Shown: positions 38,791 through 53,204, counted from the whole stretch's first letter. The stretch is DNA of 63,574 nucleotides, filler included, from Phoronis australis (GCA_002633005.1; 9 parts of 9 records of this genome joined end to end with filler, not necessarily neighbours in it), one strand, 5' to 3'. Numbers and translations: made by a program. Notes: generated by a model from the sequence alone, not told the origin.

Positions 38791-39904
38791 TGACGCCGAC
38801 AGGAGGGCCGTTCCAAAACGAGGCTCGCTACGACATCTCTGTTGGTTAATCCGCTTACTGGTTGTATTCCGTGTTGCTTGAACGGCTACAAAAAATACGG
38901 ACACGCATCTGTCTGTTTTACTGAGGACGTTGAGATTCGGAAGTGTTGCGTCGTTGCCATACGCGCGAGGAAGGAAAATATGTCCCTGTAAAATTTATAA
39001 ATGTTTTCGGAAAGTTAGATCATATTTTGTCGCATCTCGGTTGCCGAGCGACATAGCAACGACCGGAGAATCGTCGGTCAGCCAGGCAGTGTTCTCATGA
39101 CGGGTTAAAACCTGATGCATGTTTCTTTCCAAAAAAGATAGGGCCCTCAATACCTCGATTTTGGTGCCGAATATCGGCCTAATTCCCTCTCAAAAATCCC
39201 CCAAAAATCCCCCCACGAGGCCCTAAAAATTCTCCAAGTGATTGAAAAGTTCTCCCCGAAGTTCAAATCACCTGTATCCACACAGGTGACAATTTGAAAG
39301 AGCACAAGGAGGGTGTGCTATTGATGACGATCGGGAGGTAGATTTTTCCCTCACTCGGCGAAAAAATGCCCCTCTCACGAAGGCACACAAGCACCTTTCC
39401 GCGGATGAACGAGGCCCCAGAAGAAATATGATAACTATGCTTGCACTGTGCAGTTAACTGAAATTGAGCTCAAAAACGAGGTTACGCTTTGGACGAACGA
39501 GTTAGATGTTTTAATTTTAAAACTCAACTTGGTCCAGATTGATATTTGAAACCTGACACATGAAATAGACGTATATACGAATTATTAAAACAAAGAAAGC
39601 AGAATTGATGGTCAAATAATTACTTGAGAATGCGTTCAATGGAGTGAATGAGAACTTGGATATAATGCGAAAGCTATTTCTGAGACTGTGCTCGTTTCTT
39701 ATTTTTTTTTCAAAATTTGAAAACTGGTCAAATGATTTTTATTTTCAATTACGAGCCTTGTCTTTTATTTCAATAAAAATATATTTAATAACATCAGTTA
39801 TTCTTTCAGATCAATGACAAATCACTTGTTAGTCCCAGTACACCCTACCTCACCAGGACATAGGCTATACATGTATGCTTGATGTTAATACATTTGATCA
39901 ACAA

Positions 39905-42900
39905 ATTAAACAAGAGCGCTCGGAAGAGCGACACTTGGAGGAATTAATCGAAAAGACGACAATGAGAGCGACGAAGACAATCATGACAATCAAGGCGGCA
40001 ATAAAGGATAACACGGTAACATTCATGTGACTAACGAAGCAATCGAACAGAGAGCATATAATGAACTACAATGAAGAACAATAGATGGCGCCACATGACG
40101 GTCCAGTCTACAGTAGAACAGTGCTGGCTGGGTCAGTCTGGGCCAACTAGGCATAACCAAAACAAAGTGAACTAACTGAAAGCCAGCCAGCTGCGTGCAT
40201 ACGTGACCGAAGGAGCAACGGTATCCGAAAATCTCGAATAATTCAAAAAGTAGAAGNAGTCTGGGCCAACTAGGCATAATCAAAACAAAGTGAACTGAAA
40301 GCCAGCCAGCTGTGTGCTTGCATTTAGGTGACCGAAGGAACAACGGTGTCCGAAAATCTCAAATAATTCAAAAAGTAGATGTCGTAGCGCAAAATGGAAA
40401 ATATCTCCTGAAAGCCCGTTCAAAACTCCAGCCAGCTAGCTGCGTGTGACCGAAGGAACAACGGTATCCGAAAATCTCGAATAATTCAAAAGTAGACGTT
40501 GTAGCGCAAAATGGAAAATATCTTCTGAAAGCCCGTCCACAACTCTACGTACTTTGATAGAGCATACAATCAACTACAATAAATAACAATAGATGGCGCA
40601 ACATTACGGACGAGGCATGCTTTGCAGTAGGAAAGTGCTGGCTGGGTCAGTCTGGGTCACAACTCTCTGTTAACTTGTGCAGACATAACCAAAACAAAGT
40701 GAACTGAAAGCCAGCCAGCTGCGTGCATACGTGACCGATGGAACAACTGTATCCGAATATCTCGAATAATTCAAAAAGTAGACGTCGTAGCGCAAAATGA
40801 AAATTATCATATGAAAGCCCGTTCAAAATTCTATCTATAGTGTTAGTTTGTCGAACACGATATCATTCATGTGACTAGCGAAAAAATCAAATAGAGAGCA
40901 TACAATCAACTACAATAAAGAACAATAGATGGCGCAACATGACAGACGAGCCATGCTTTACAGTACGACAGTGCTGGCTGGGTCAGTCTGGGTCAACTAG
41001 GCATAACCAAGACGGACGAGCCATGCTTTACAGTACGACAGTGCTGGCTGGGTCAGTCTGGGTCAACTAGGCATAACCGAGACANCGGACGAGCCATGCT
41101 TTACAGTAGGACAGTGCTGGCTGGGTAAGTCTGGGTCAACTAGGCATAACCAAAACAAAGTGAACTGAAAGCCAGCCACCTGCGCGCTTGCATAGGAACA
41201 ACGGTATCCGAAAATCTCGAATAATTCAAAAAGTAGACGTCGTAGCGCAAAATGGAAAACATCTTCTGAAAGCCCGTTCAAATCTCTATCTAAAGTTGTA
41301 GTTTGGCAAAAATCTAAAAATTTTTCAAGAAAATTGAAAATTTGCCAGTTTTTTTGAAATTAAAAGTCAAATAACTCGAAAACGGTATGTCTGAGAAATA
41401 CGCTCTCGCAGACTTTTTGAAAGGCCATACTTCAAGGAATCCACATGCAAAAATTCACGTCATTTGCTCTTCCCATAAAAAATGCGACACCAGAGCGATT
41501 GAAACCGTGTGGACATGCCCCACAGCCGCCATCTTGAAGGTGACTTCCGGTTCAATAATTTTTTATAAAAGCTTATTAAACTCAACAAACACGTGACCAG
41601 TTTGAAAGTGATTGGTTAGCAATTGCGCGCTCTACAGGAGAAAACGTTTTTAGCCCTATTTCGGGGTGCGCATGCGCCACGTCCAATATTTCCGCCATCT
41701 TTAACAGGTGACTTCCGGTTCAATAATTTTTTATAAAAGCTTATTAAACTCAACAAACACGTGACCAGTTTGAAAGTGATTGATTTGCAATTGCGCCCTC
41801 TACAGGAGAAAACGTTTTTAGCCCTATTTCGAGGTGCGCATGCGCCACGTCCAATATTTCCGCCATCTATAACCGGAAGTCAACGATTTTTTGCGCAATT
41901 GTAGCACATGCGTTCTAGTATATTCGTACCGATTTTCAGCCATGTAGGTTGAAAAATGCGACCTCTACGAGTATTTGACTGTGAAATCGGATACAAAATG
42001 GCCGCCACGTCCGCCATTTTGTATCCGATCATGACCAAAAACAATAGCGTTCTAGAGATTCCCGATCTACATGTTGTGTGCAAATTTCGTGAAAATCGGA
42101 CCAGAATTGCGACCAGTAGAGAGCGAACAAACAAAAAAAAAACTAATCGAAAAGACGACGATGAGGGAGACGACGACAATCAAGACGATCACGGCGGCAA
42201 TTATGAATAAGACGATANGTGCGCATGCGCCACCTTCAATATTTCCGCCATCTTTAACCGGAAGTCTACGATTTTCTGCACAATTGTAGCACATGCGTTC
42301 TAGTATATTCGTACCGATTTTCAGCTATGTAGGTCGAAAAATGCGGCCTCTACGAGTATTTGACTGCGAAATTTGATACAAAATGGCCGCCACGTCCGCC
42401 ATTTTGTATCCGATCATGACCAAAAACAATAGCGTTCTAGTGATTCCCGATCTACATGTTGTGTGCAAATTTCGTGGAAATCGGACCAGAATTGCGACCT
42501 GTAGAGAGCGAACAAACAAAAAAAATGAGAAAAAAATTGTTACAGTTCATTTGAAAGAGTATACCTTAGAGAATCTACATGCAAAAATTCACGTCTTTTC
42601 CTACACCCGTTTAAATAGCATCTACGTACAACTGAAAATAGGTCAACATGCACAAGATCCGCCATCTTTAATGCAACTTCCGGTTTTTTGGGTTGATATA
42701 ATAGCATTTCACAAAAAACTTACATCCGCAAAACTTCAAAGGAATTGGCTTGATAGTGCGCCCTCTACAGGAGAAAACGTTTTTAGGCCAAAATTGAGGT
42801 GCGCATGCGCGATCGCCGATATTTCCGCCATCTTTAATCGGAAGTAAACAATTTCCGGAATGCTTGTAGCAAACTTCCGGTCCACTTACTGTGCCGATTC

Positions 42901-43108
42901 TTAGCCTTTTACGTAAAAAATTGTAGCCTCCAGAAGCATTTGAACCTTTAAATGAAAACAAAATGGCCGCCACAGCCGCCATCTTGGATCCGATTTTGAC
43001 GAAAAACAATAGGCTTCCAGTACTTCCGGAAGTACGTATTATGTGTAAATTTCGTGATGATCGGACGAAAATTGCGACCTGTATCGTGCGAACAAACAAA
43101 AAAAAAAA
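39905..43108 (-). mobile_element. Cluster of HINE/Helentron-like elements with internal tandem repeats
   Basis: Terminal hairpin caagagcgctcggaagagcg, multiple 100-400-bp direct repeats (e.g. 41850-42150 is similar to 42220-42525) and recurring gcgaacaaacaaaaaaa ends. Confidence 0.7.
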
Positions 43109-43640
43109 NNNNNNNNNNNNNNNNNNNNNNNNNNNNNNNNNNNNNNNNNNNNTTAATTAATTAANNNNNNNNNNNNNNNNNNNNNNNNNNNNNNNNNNNN
43201 NNNNNNNNAATTGGATTGAGCCTTTTCGGAATGCATCTTTCTACTGTCGATGACTTTTGTTTACGATAGTGTCCTTATACAGTAGGCCTAATCTGTGTTT
43301 ATTGTGCATGTATGTGCTTCAAGCACGCGGCTATCAAACATCACTGCAGAAACGAAATAGTTGCTGCGACGCCACTTGCATGACAAGGCTAAATTCCGGC
43401 GTTCACAGTCTGTCATTTTTTTCACGGTGTTGTAAAGCTAAGCAATGACTGCCAAGATTACATCGACCAATGCTAAAGCGCGTACCACAGCGTGATACCT
43501 GCGTGCTGGCTGGGCTAAGCACGCAGGGAACCATCGAGCACTGTACACACTCGCTTGTCTTAGTGATAGAAGCATACATTTCCCACAATGCAACTGCGGC
43601 GGCAAAATCAAATATGGCGGATTTGCACATTCGCTATTTG

Positions 43641-44107
43641 ATGGAACTCCACGAAACTAGCATCGAACAACTCTTAGAATACTTTCTTTCATTCGATCTC
43701 TTCAAATTGCCTTCAAGTGGTAATTTGGCGACAAAAATGCCAAAAGAATGCCAAAATCACAAATTCAAGGACCTAATTCCGTGATGTCATGGCAGACGGT
43801 CTNNNNNNNNNNNNNNNNNNNNNNNNNNNNNNNNNNNNNNNNNNNNNNNNNNNNNNNNNNNNNNNNNNNNNNNNNNNNNNNNNNNNNNNNNNNNNNNNNN
43901 NNNNNNNNNNNNNNNNNNNNNCTAGGAAAGATAAGGCTTCGAAGGTTTATGCAACACCAGACTGAGGGAGGTGCACGCAGATTTGATTTGGATTTTGGAC
44001 GGTTGAAGTTGGGAGCCTCGGCTTGGCAAAGTTTAAGTGTCCAACCTTTATGTTTTCTTATATATATTATTGAGTGACGTCATTTGCGATAAACCCAAGC
44101 GCCTGTG
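43641..44107. mobile_element. Right part of the TIR element family also present at 30448
   Basis: Direct match to 30555-30713 plus an inverted copy of the 30448 terminus. Confidence 0.65.
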
Positions 44108-44125
44108 ATTTGATGAAGGCTTTAA

Positions 44126-45828
44126 AGGAGCATGCCACCCAAAAAACAACCTAATTTGTATCAATTTAGATCGAGTAGTTCTACTCCATAACGACACGTG
44201 CGGTTGCGTTACCTGACACCTGACGGCAGACGGAGGTATTGAAATTATCCAATGACGTCATCGGTTTCACACGCAGTCTGTTCAGCAGTTCACAACAGGG
44301 GTTACTGGTGTCAGCTTATCGCTTGGAGTTATCGTTTAACACCAATAAATCATCAAACTTCGATGTAAAACCCTTAAAAATACACCGAGTTCTTACAAAA
44401 ACGTGTTGTTTTATCTCACTGTTACGGTATTTATTGGTATTTGGACACACCGTAGCCCAGGCTAAAAAGTTCGGCAGGCCAATAAGGTCCGTAGCAGGAG
44501 TTTGGGGTGTGTTCGGAGATAATTTCGAAGTATTTTCCGTGAGATACAGACAGGAGAACCTAGATCTGTGTTGTTTAGACATGTGATTTTCTGAGTTCTT
44601 AACACAAAACGCTTATCCTGGCCAGTGGCTTGGCGGAGCCCGGTCAGGCCCGTCGCGGCCGGCCGGATTAACTCGTTATCCCGACCACTGGCTCGGAAAC
44701 TGATCAGACATCACGAAAAAACCAGCCAAAGTTCAGTGGAAACTAAACTTCCAGTCAAGAAAATACTATACTAGTGAGCCAAAGTAATGTGCACGTGATT
44801 ATGTCGGTGAATTAGCCACGAAACTGCAAATCTACTTCAGTTAATTACTCGTCGGGGGCCGCAAATTCGTTCCGCTTTGGCCACAGCACCGTCAGGGCAG
44901 AAGTTGTACATTGATAATCATTATTTGAGTAATGTAAATGTAAATAAAGATTCCCCTAACACCTGGTCGTGGGATGGAAGTCGAATTGTTTCACAACAGT
45001 TTCTGCCAGCAAACACTAAATTAGCATGAGCTCACACGGCCTCGGTGTCCCGTCAATTAGTTTTATTGCTCCTAAAGCCGGTAACGCAGTGATTTATTCA
45101 TTGCTGGCTTCTCAAATCATTTCGTGCACTCACAGACACTCCAAAGGCATTAAAAATTGCATCTAATGAGACAGACTTTGTTTCAGTTTTATATAAGTAT
45201 TGGTTAGGGTGAGAATAATTCATTTTGAAACCGACTGCTCAGTAATAAACGCCAAACATGGCAACTCGCAATCCCGACTTAGGACGAGCTAGAGCGGCTC
45301 ATCAGTCCCGACTTCGTAGGTGGATCGTTAAGTTTTACAGGCTATCAATTCGAACAGGAATACAGTGATGAAGAAATACTAGAGAGGCGCCGTGAACAAG
45401 CTCAGACAACGGAACGTATGGAGTTATTTGGTAAGCCGGGCATTCGTCAGGCACTGTCGACGTCGTCTGCAGGCCACAGACACGGAGATGTTTCACGGCC
45501 TCATACTTGCTATTTACAGCGTACATTTCATTCTTCACTACCATGAGCCACTTCCTAAGCATTTCGGACTCTCGAGGAAGTAAAAAAAAAAACGATATAC
45601 TCGCTTTCCTCGCGGTTGCTTAGTTCGGACAAGCGGGAACGATATACCGCAACATAGCGGCATTCACTCTGCATATGGACCACTGACATCGCTAGCGTCG
45701 TTTCTCACCTTGCTCACAGGTTAACGCGACACCTCTTGGCAAGATAAGGTGGACTGTATGCGAGGCGATGTGAAAATAGACCGATTAAGACGGCAAAAAA
45801 GACTAATTAAATCGGGTGGCATTAGCCT
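44126..45828 (-). mobile_element. Kolobok-like DNA transposon remnant with degenerate THAP domain
   Basis: TTAA target sites (44122-44125, 45829-45832). TIRs aggagcatgccaccc / gggtggcattagcct. Minus strand ~45663-45440 reads ..VPACPN*..ISFFF.LPRESEMLRKWL..HLRVCG (THAP-like). Confidence 0.65.
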
Positions 45829-47424
45829 TTAATGTCATTGAGGACATCAATTCTGGCCCGCAGGATAGTATATCATGTGAACAATTAGAGTAATTGACAT
45901 GCATGGGATTATTGAAAACGCCCAATATGAGATCATGCTGGTCCGTCATTCACTTTGTATATAACACCGTAACTCATTCACAAATGACTGAAAAACTTTG
46001 GAAACTGGTTCGATTCCGGGCAACCAAAGTTCACCAATTTAAGAGGCCCAATGATGACATTCGAGTGGCCATTCTTTTCTTGTTTTACTGACAAATTCTT
46101 AAGGGGCCGCTCACAAAGAGAGGGCCCAATGTTGGAATCGATCACATTTATTTTCCTGTTATTTTGTGAAATCGTATAACTGGCTTTCATGCCGAGGAAG
46201 GTTACTTCTTGCAGGGTCACCCGACGATGGAATGAACTGTAATTCCTTTTCAAACTTAATGATGTTTAGCCTTTCATCATTCCTATGGTTAGTTATAAAA
46301 TAATGATAATTTTACTTTTTCCCATTGTATCACAAGAATAGTACTTCTGTTGAAGGTCGTTACTAGAAACTGTTTGTAAGGAATTCAAAATGTCGAAAAG
46401 ACTAGCGGCTACTATTTGTGATGAGTGTGTACATGTCGAACAGGGGTACCCTACTCAAAATACTCGCAATAAACATATATTTCAGCGTTTTTTGGAGTTC
46501 AAGTTAAACTCGTGAACCGATATAGGTACCTCTGAAATGAGCAAAAATACACCTTAACATGAATGCCCCATCTCCCGTGTTCCCCGTCAAAAATCTGCAA
46601 GCATGTCTCCGAAAATTGCTTATAACATTCCATTTTGATAAACAAATTCGTTAGTTTCTGTTTTACATGTTTATGTATCTACGAAAACCCACAGGTTAAT
46701 ATTAGATTAAAAAATAACTCGCAAGTATTTCTTCACTGTTTATTGATTACAGCAAACTAAGAATGATCGTAACCTGAAAGAACAGAGACAGGGGGTAAAT
46801 ACTAGGGCGCTGACAAGTGTCGTGTGATTACAATAGGTTAACAATGCTAGAGATGTGCTAAGGCTCGAGGGAATCTTACCGATAATTAAACAATGGACTT
46901 CGAGACAAAAGGAACATGGCGGCTAGGGCGAATAGAAAGCGCCAGCTATATGTCATAATTCTCTATAGATGATTTTTGGCAATTAGAAGCCAATCTTTTA
47001 AGAAATGAGATCAGTGAGTTTAGTTGCAGCCTGAATTGTGAAAAACACTATAATCCAATCCCCAAATAGTAAAGTGTGACGCTTTTAAGTATCTAAAATT
47101 ACTCTCAAAGACATTGATGAAATTCTGACAGTTCCCAAAAATTTACTCACAATTCATATGACAACAAATGCATTGCTTTTTGACTTCGGTACAAGTTTTG
47201 TCGTTTAAACTTACTGACAGGGGATCAAAACGGAATTAAGTTATTAAATCAATTGCTCATGAATTCTAGTGTTGGTTTCTGATTCACATGTTTATGTATC
47301 TACGAAAATGGACCGATTGTCACCGAAATAATTAAGTGTACATTATTTCTTTGGCTCACTAGTATAGTCTTTTCGTGACTGGAGGTTTACTTTCCAACTT
47401 AAGCTGGTTTATGTTCGTGATGTC

Positions 47425-47771
47425 CAGTCCCGGCGGCCGCAACGGGCCTGATCAGGTTCCCAGACACTGGCTGGGATAACAAGCGTTTTGTGTGTTTAGA
47501 TCTGAAAGAAATCGCAAGTTTGGAAGTACAACACACAGTTATATTTCATGTCTGTATTTCATGGAAGAATGATTCGAATTTATCACCAAACAGACCCAAA
47601 CTCCCGCGATCGACCATCTCTTGGCCTACCGAACCTAGGAGTCTACACTCCTTGACCCAACTATGTAGGATACCTCCGTAACAGTGAAATAAAACAACAT
47701 ATTTGTTCAAGAACTCGATATACTTGCAAGGGTTTTACATCGAAATTTGATGATTTATTGGTGTAAAACGA
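47425..47771. mobile_element. Inverted, diverged fragment of the 44330-44670 Kolobok-like segment
   Basis: ccgtaacagtgaaataaaacaac...gggttttacatcgaaatttgatgatttattggtgt is the reverse complement of ~44337-44430. Confidence 0.65.
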
Positions 47772-50355
47772 CCAGGCAGTAACAACAAAGGAGCTTGAAA
47801 ATTCGTGAGGCTTTACACATCAGTTGGTGCAAGCCCAATCTCAATAGGCAACTGACACACCACAGGTTGTCATTGTTGGTCTAGTTCATTGTCATTCGCT
47901 GTAACTGACTGTATCTGTGCTTCATTACTTGTTGCTGGGCCTAGCTAGGTGGCCACTGTATTATCACTTCTGAGGATGGTGTTGAATAAATGACACCGAA
48001 ACATGTCAAGTCTTAAAACCGTTGTTGTTGTTGTTTTCTTCAACAAAATAAATGTATACTGAAAAAATAATGTACTGTTAAACTTGTGTTTTACATACTG
48101 GCATTGCTCAGTACGCCATACCGGGAAGGACGTTAAAGGCGAAGACAACCATTTTCCATGTCATTGTGAGCTAAAATAAGGTTGGTTGGTTATCCTAGGC
48201 ATATTTTCCACTTAATTACAGCTTTTCGTAATTTTATTAATTACTCGTCCGCTACTGCGGAAGTGACGTTTTAGGAGGCAAGCATTTCGCGCCAATTTCT
48301 TTTCATATAGTCTGACTGTGAGAGCTGCCGAGTCAGTCATTGTTCTACCTCGGTTNACAATCTACTTAGCAGACTGTACTTTTTATGGGGAGAGTTTTAA
48401 GTAGTTTTTACTGTAATATTTGAAAAGAGGATCGAAAACAAATATGAGTACAACTTTGAATTTTTCAAATCGGCCCAGGATAAGAGATTTTGCAACACAG
48501 CAACGCTCACGATTACTTTCATTCGGCGCGCACGAATACAAAAATATAGGACCCAAGTTATTTAGATTTTGGAACACATGCATTGCAATATTTAAAATAC
48601 GTTTATCATGAATCTTACAAGCTGTAAAATGACGTTGTTTAATTTCATTGTGCTCATTCATTGTTATCCGTCAAATCGGCAATTTCCGAGATGTGATCTG
48701 CGGCGTGCGCGTATGTGTACAAAACACGTGATTGTTATGTTCCTGAAGTACGAAAATTAAGAAACTTTAGCATGCCGTTATTATTGACAGGGACACGATA
48801 AAACGAATTTGGATTTTGACTATAGTATTGATACAGCGAGCTGGCTGACCACTGTGTCAGTGTCTCCGTTAGACCCAGAAATTTCACACAGCCCGGGTAG
48901 TTCATTTCGTCCCCAACATGTAGATCGAGCCTTTGACTATTAATACTCCACGGTAGAGCTAACGACCGTCGGCCTGTGCACACAAAATCTGTGAGTTAAC
49001 CAGCCCTCACCTTGCACGTTGCAGCCGTTTAAATGAAAAAATAATCTAGTAAACGCCATTTTCCTGCACAATCCTCCGCCTTTTGTAACAAAAAAGTCTA
49101 TCGTCGATGACCCACACACGCACGCTCCGGCACTCACTCTTATACGCAGACGAACTTCAAAACAAACGTCACGTGACAACAACATGTGTGTTCATCCAGA
49201 GATTTTTCTCGTGTTGTGGGGTACGATGTAGCGCAGATTTGGCCTTAATTCCAATTAATCTGGACTCCACATAAACTTTAAAAATTGTAAAACATAAGGA
49301 AGATTTCAGGTAATTTGTCGAGTCGAAACTATATTTTTATTCAAGAGTTCAAGTTTTCCTATTGACGATGGCGATTCAGCGACGCATCAGTCGGCAAGTT
49401 TTCACCCTGTGATGCGCACAATTTTTTGAAAAATTATCGTAATTTAACAACGGAAGTTCATAGCAATGCACCACTATTTTGTAGAAAGACTGTCATAGGC
49501 TAAAGATACGTCACAGAGCGTAAATTTGATGAATCCTAGCTTCCGGATTTTACCCGTTTGGGATACTGGGTTTCAACTGCCGTAGGCTACAATTTTTCTA
49601 AGCCAATACAGTATACAGCTTTCCACCAAGGTTAGGTGATTCTACGACATTATTCTTTGTTGCATTAGTAACTAGTCTTGGCTAATAATCATTTTATGGC
49701 CTGGTCATCCATTCAGCCAAATGTAGTTCCAGAGGCAGCTTAATCAGCCAATTATTCACACATGCTGACTCACAATAGAAGCCTGATAAGAGTGAAGGTG
49801 TTTAAATGCGGTGTTCCTACAGTTTCTTGTGCTAGTGGATGTGTTCACGACATTGAATTACTGCATGTGTCCGGCCATATCAACTCTTGGGAAACCCTTA
49901 TTAATTATAATCTGCGACAACCATGACTTTATATGTTAGACGATGCGTTTGTGTGTTTGGGTGCGTGTGTCTTTACATGATGTTTTGTCTGCATATATTT
50001 TCTTGGTTTGTAGTTTTTGCTTTGAACATAAATTGTTATAAAAACATGTAGGCCTACAGGCGGTATGTTTTTTCAACTGAGTAGATTTCTAGGGACAAAA
50101 ATTGATGCACTGAATAGTTACCCTGGAAGAGGGAACCATCCTTCCCTGACGGTCGCTTAATAGGATCCCACATTTGATCCAGCCTGTTGGAAACTTCTGA
50201 CTGCCCCATTAATCAAACATAAGACTGTGGACAACCTACAGTGTATGACCACACTGTCCCACCTCGGTCTCTCACGAGCGCCCTCCCTTGCATTTTACAA
50301 AAGGTACTCTCCTGTAATAGAGATGCTTTTGTGTGGTTACTTCCTATATGGCAGA

Positions 50356-50464
50356 ATGGCCAGGTTAAAACTTCGGCAGCTCGAAAGTTCTTTGGAAGAT
50401 GTGAAAGTGTTCGATAATCCTAAGCTCTTACTTGAACAATACCCTACTCGGCCGCATTTGGCAG
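50356..50464 (+). CDS. METTL5: rRNA N6-adenosine methyltransferase METTL5, first coding exon only
   Basis: [36 protein letters not shown]|gtaagt matches the recalled METTL5 N-terminus ([30 protein letters not shown]). It is preceded by a CAG acceptor. Remaining exons were not found. Confidence 0.88.
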
Positions 50465-51580
50465 GTAAGTTCTGTCACCAGCAAAAGTTCAATAATACTC
50501 AGTACTGTCCGTACTGTTGTAATCGTCAACATCATTCGTCCTTTATCTTTCTGTAGGGAGGACAATCGAAAAGTAGGTCACGGTGCTCCATATCTGCCTC
50601 CGTGTAAAACCCACGGCGGTAAATTACCCGATTTCCGACTTCAAAGTTAACTATAAGACAATTTTGTGTTATGAATCGTTACCTTAGTCTTTATTTGTAA
50701 GTTTGTAATCTTTTTGTCTCAAATTAGCGCTGATAAATCATTTTTTGTAAGCTTTTTTTAGCGCACGATTTTCCGCCATGCGATCAACTTTCGAAAAAGT
50801 ACCTCTTGTTCCTCCTATCCAAAAGAGCACTATACTCTCAAATACAAACATGAAATTTGGACAGGATGTAGTTTAGATGCGTGCGCATCTCCTCAAGTTG
50901 TTTTCTNNNNNNNNNNNNNNGGAGAAAATGTCATTTTCGTGTCAAAATTTTTGGTAAAAATTCTGTCAAATCGAATCTGCGAGTTCAAAATATTATTATT
51001 TCAAAACTAAGAAACGTAGATAGACATGTAATACATAATTTTAAAGAACTTTTTATGATGAATAATTTGCCAAAAAACCATTTCGATTAGACGTTCCTGT
51101 GCGAAGATATTGACCTTAAAGTCAACACAGACGACTAAGAGAAGTCACTACGTACAATTTTGCGATTTCAATTTTTCATAAAATAACAATTACTCCAGGA
51201 AAAAAACAAATAAGGTATCATTTTAAAGATTTTTCATCAGGAAAGTTGAAACTTGATAATTGATTGAGTAAATTATTGATATTATTTGTGATATTGTTTT
51301 TAACAATCATGCTGTTTACAACCGGCTTAACTTTGTCAAAATCAATTACATTAAATAAAAATCGAAGATAACCAAACATCATTTCAAAAATGTATTGATG
51401 ACAAGTACGATAAATAGAACATTTAATACAAGCTTCTGAAAGACATATAATAAATAAAACTTTTACATAAACTTTCCACAACGATAACCAACAACTGCAA
51501 TATTCATAATCCTAAAATTGTCTCAACTGATATGAACACAAAAAAGAATTTATGATGGACAGATAAATAAAGTTCTCAAG

Positions 51581-51860
51581 GCATCCTCAAGGAAGGAGGG
51601 GCCAAACCCTTTCTGTGACAATTGACAGTGGAGTGCCTTCCAGTAAACAGACGCTCAGTGGAGTTCCTTACACAGACTTGTGGTATCCTCAAGGAAGGGG
51701 GCCAAACCCTTTCACTGACTACTGTACGTCAGCGAAGTACCTTAGAGACTTGTGGCATCCTCAAGAAAAGGGAGCCAAACCCTTTTAATGACCAAGTCAG
51801 TGGAGTACCTTACACAGACTTGTGGCGTCCTTAAGGAAAGGGGGGCCAAACCCTTTCTGA
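51581..51860. repeat. Degenerate ~60-bp tandem repeat x4
   Basis: ggcatcctcaaggaaggggggccaaacccttt...agtggagtaccttacacagacttgt is repeated. Confidence 0.75.
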
Positions 51861-52745
51861 CTATCATAAGTCATTGGAGTATCTATATGCAACACTGAGT
51901 TATTCCAGCACTTCGAAGTCTCTTTGACCAAAGTCATCAATCAGCCGAAAGGAGTAGATAGCCTCATCTTCGTCGAAATGGATATTAAACCAAGACAGAT
52001 ATCCGAGGACCTGAAAGAATACTATAATTCATAATTATTTGAACAGTGTTATGCGAAAATCTTACTCTACTTGGAAATTATGCACATTTTAACAAAGGTG
52101 ACATAATACTATTAAACTACAAGGTTGTGAAAAGAAACAAGAAATAGCTAGATAGGTCTTGTCAGTACTTGTCTGTCAGTGTCTTAAGAGGGGGTGTTGG
52201 CATATAGTACTTCTTCACGGACTCCACAACAGCATCAGGAGCTGAAAAGAACCGTCCGATAAGTGGAGGGGAGAGCCAAAATGAAGGAGGCTTCGACCGT
52301 TTGTCTAAGAGATCATGTCCAACTGAATAACTGATATTATGCAAGTAGAATCAGTAGAAGCAGGAAAGTAGACAGATCTGGACCAAGAGCTAGAAGCAGA
52401 GTCTGTTGAGAAAGAAATGTGAGACATGATGATGATAGAAACTGATAAATAGGAGTGAAATTATAAGAACAAAAATAATGAAGAAAATGACAACTGGTTT
52501 GGTCCACAGCAAATTCCAACGAAGCTTACCTGGAGGATAAAGATCAGGGTGAGATTTATGAACAGTCTAGGCAAACCTCAATTGTTCTGTTAAAAACTAT
52601 ATGTACTGGCCCGTGGTCAGAAAAAAGTTTATCGAAAGCATGTATATGTTTCAAAGTAGTGGACCACAAAGTCTTGGAAACACAGGACTGCAGTAGAACT
52701 GTACATTTGTAATATTTGTTTAATCTAAAATTAAAACATTTTCAT

Positions 52746-52902
52746 TTTTATGCGCCCACATATTTATATGTGGACGCATTATGCCGTCATCTCTGTCCGT
52801 CCGTCCGTCCGTCCGTCCGTCCGGGCGGCGTCTGTCCGGCGTCCGGCGTCCGCTGCTCTATCTCCAAAACCCTTTGACATACGTTCATGAAATTTGGCAC
52901 AT
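52746..52902 (+). mobile_element. 5' end of a HINE-like element (same family as 18380)
   Basis: tttttatgcgcccacatatttatatgtggacgcattatgccgtcatct followed by a GTCC microsatellite. Confidence 0.75.
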
Positions 52903-53204
52903 NNNNNNNNNNNNNNNNNNNNNNNNNNNNNNNNNNNNNNNNNNNNTTAATTAATTAANNNNNNNNNNNNNNNNNNNNNNNNNNNNNNNNNNNNNNNNNN
53001 NNTGTACATACTCAGGTTGCAAATGGTGGAGTTGCAGCTGATATTGGTAGTTTTTGCATTATGTAGAAGTTGTTGAAGACATAACGGTGATTATATAGAA
53101 CTTGGAACTTAAAAGACAAATGAAGTCAGTTGGCAATTTATAGATGTGGCACCAAAATTGTTCACGTGCAGGTCAAGTGACTGCTGTTTTGTGTTTGACA
53201 CATT

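Noticed and set aside
41880-43160. Several 60-150-aa ORFs (MAATSAILYP... etc.)
   Set aside because: They arise from repeated non-coding HINE-like sequence on both strands.
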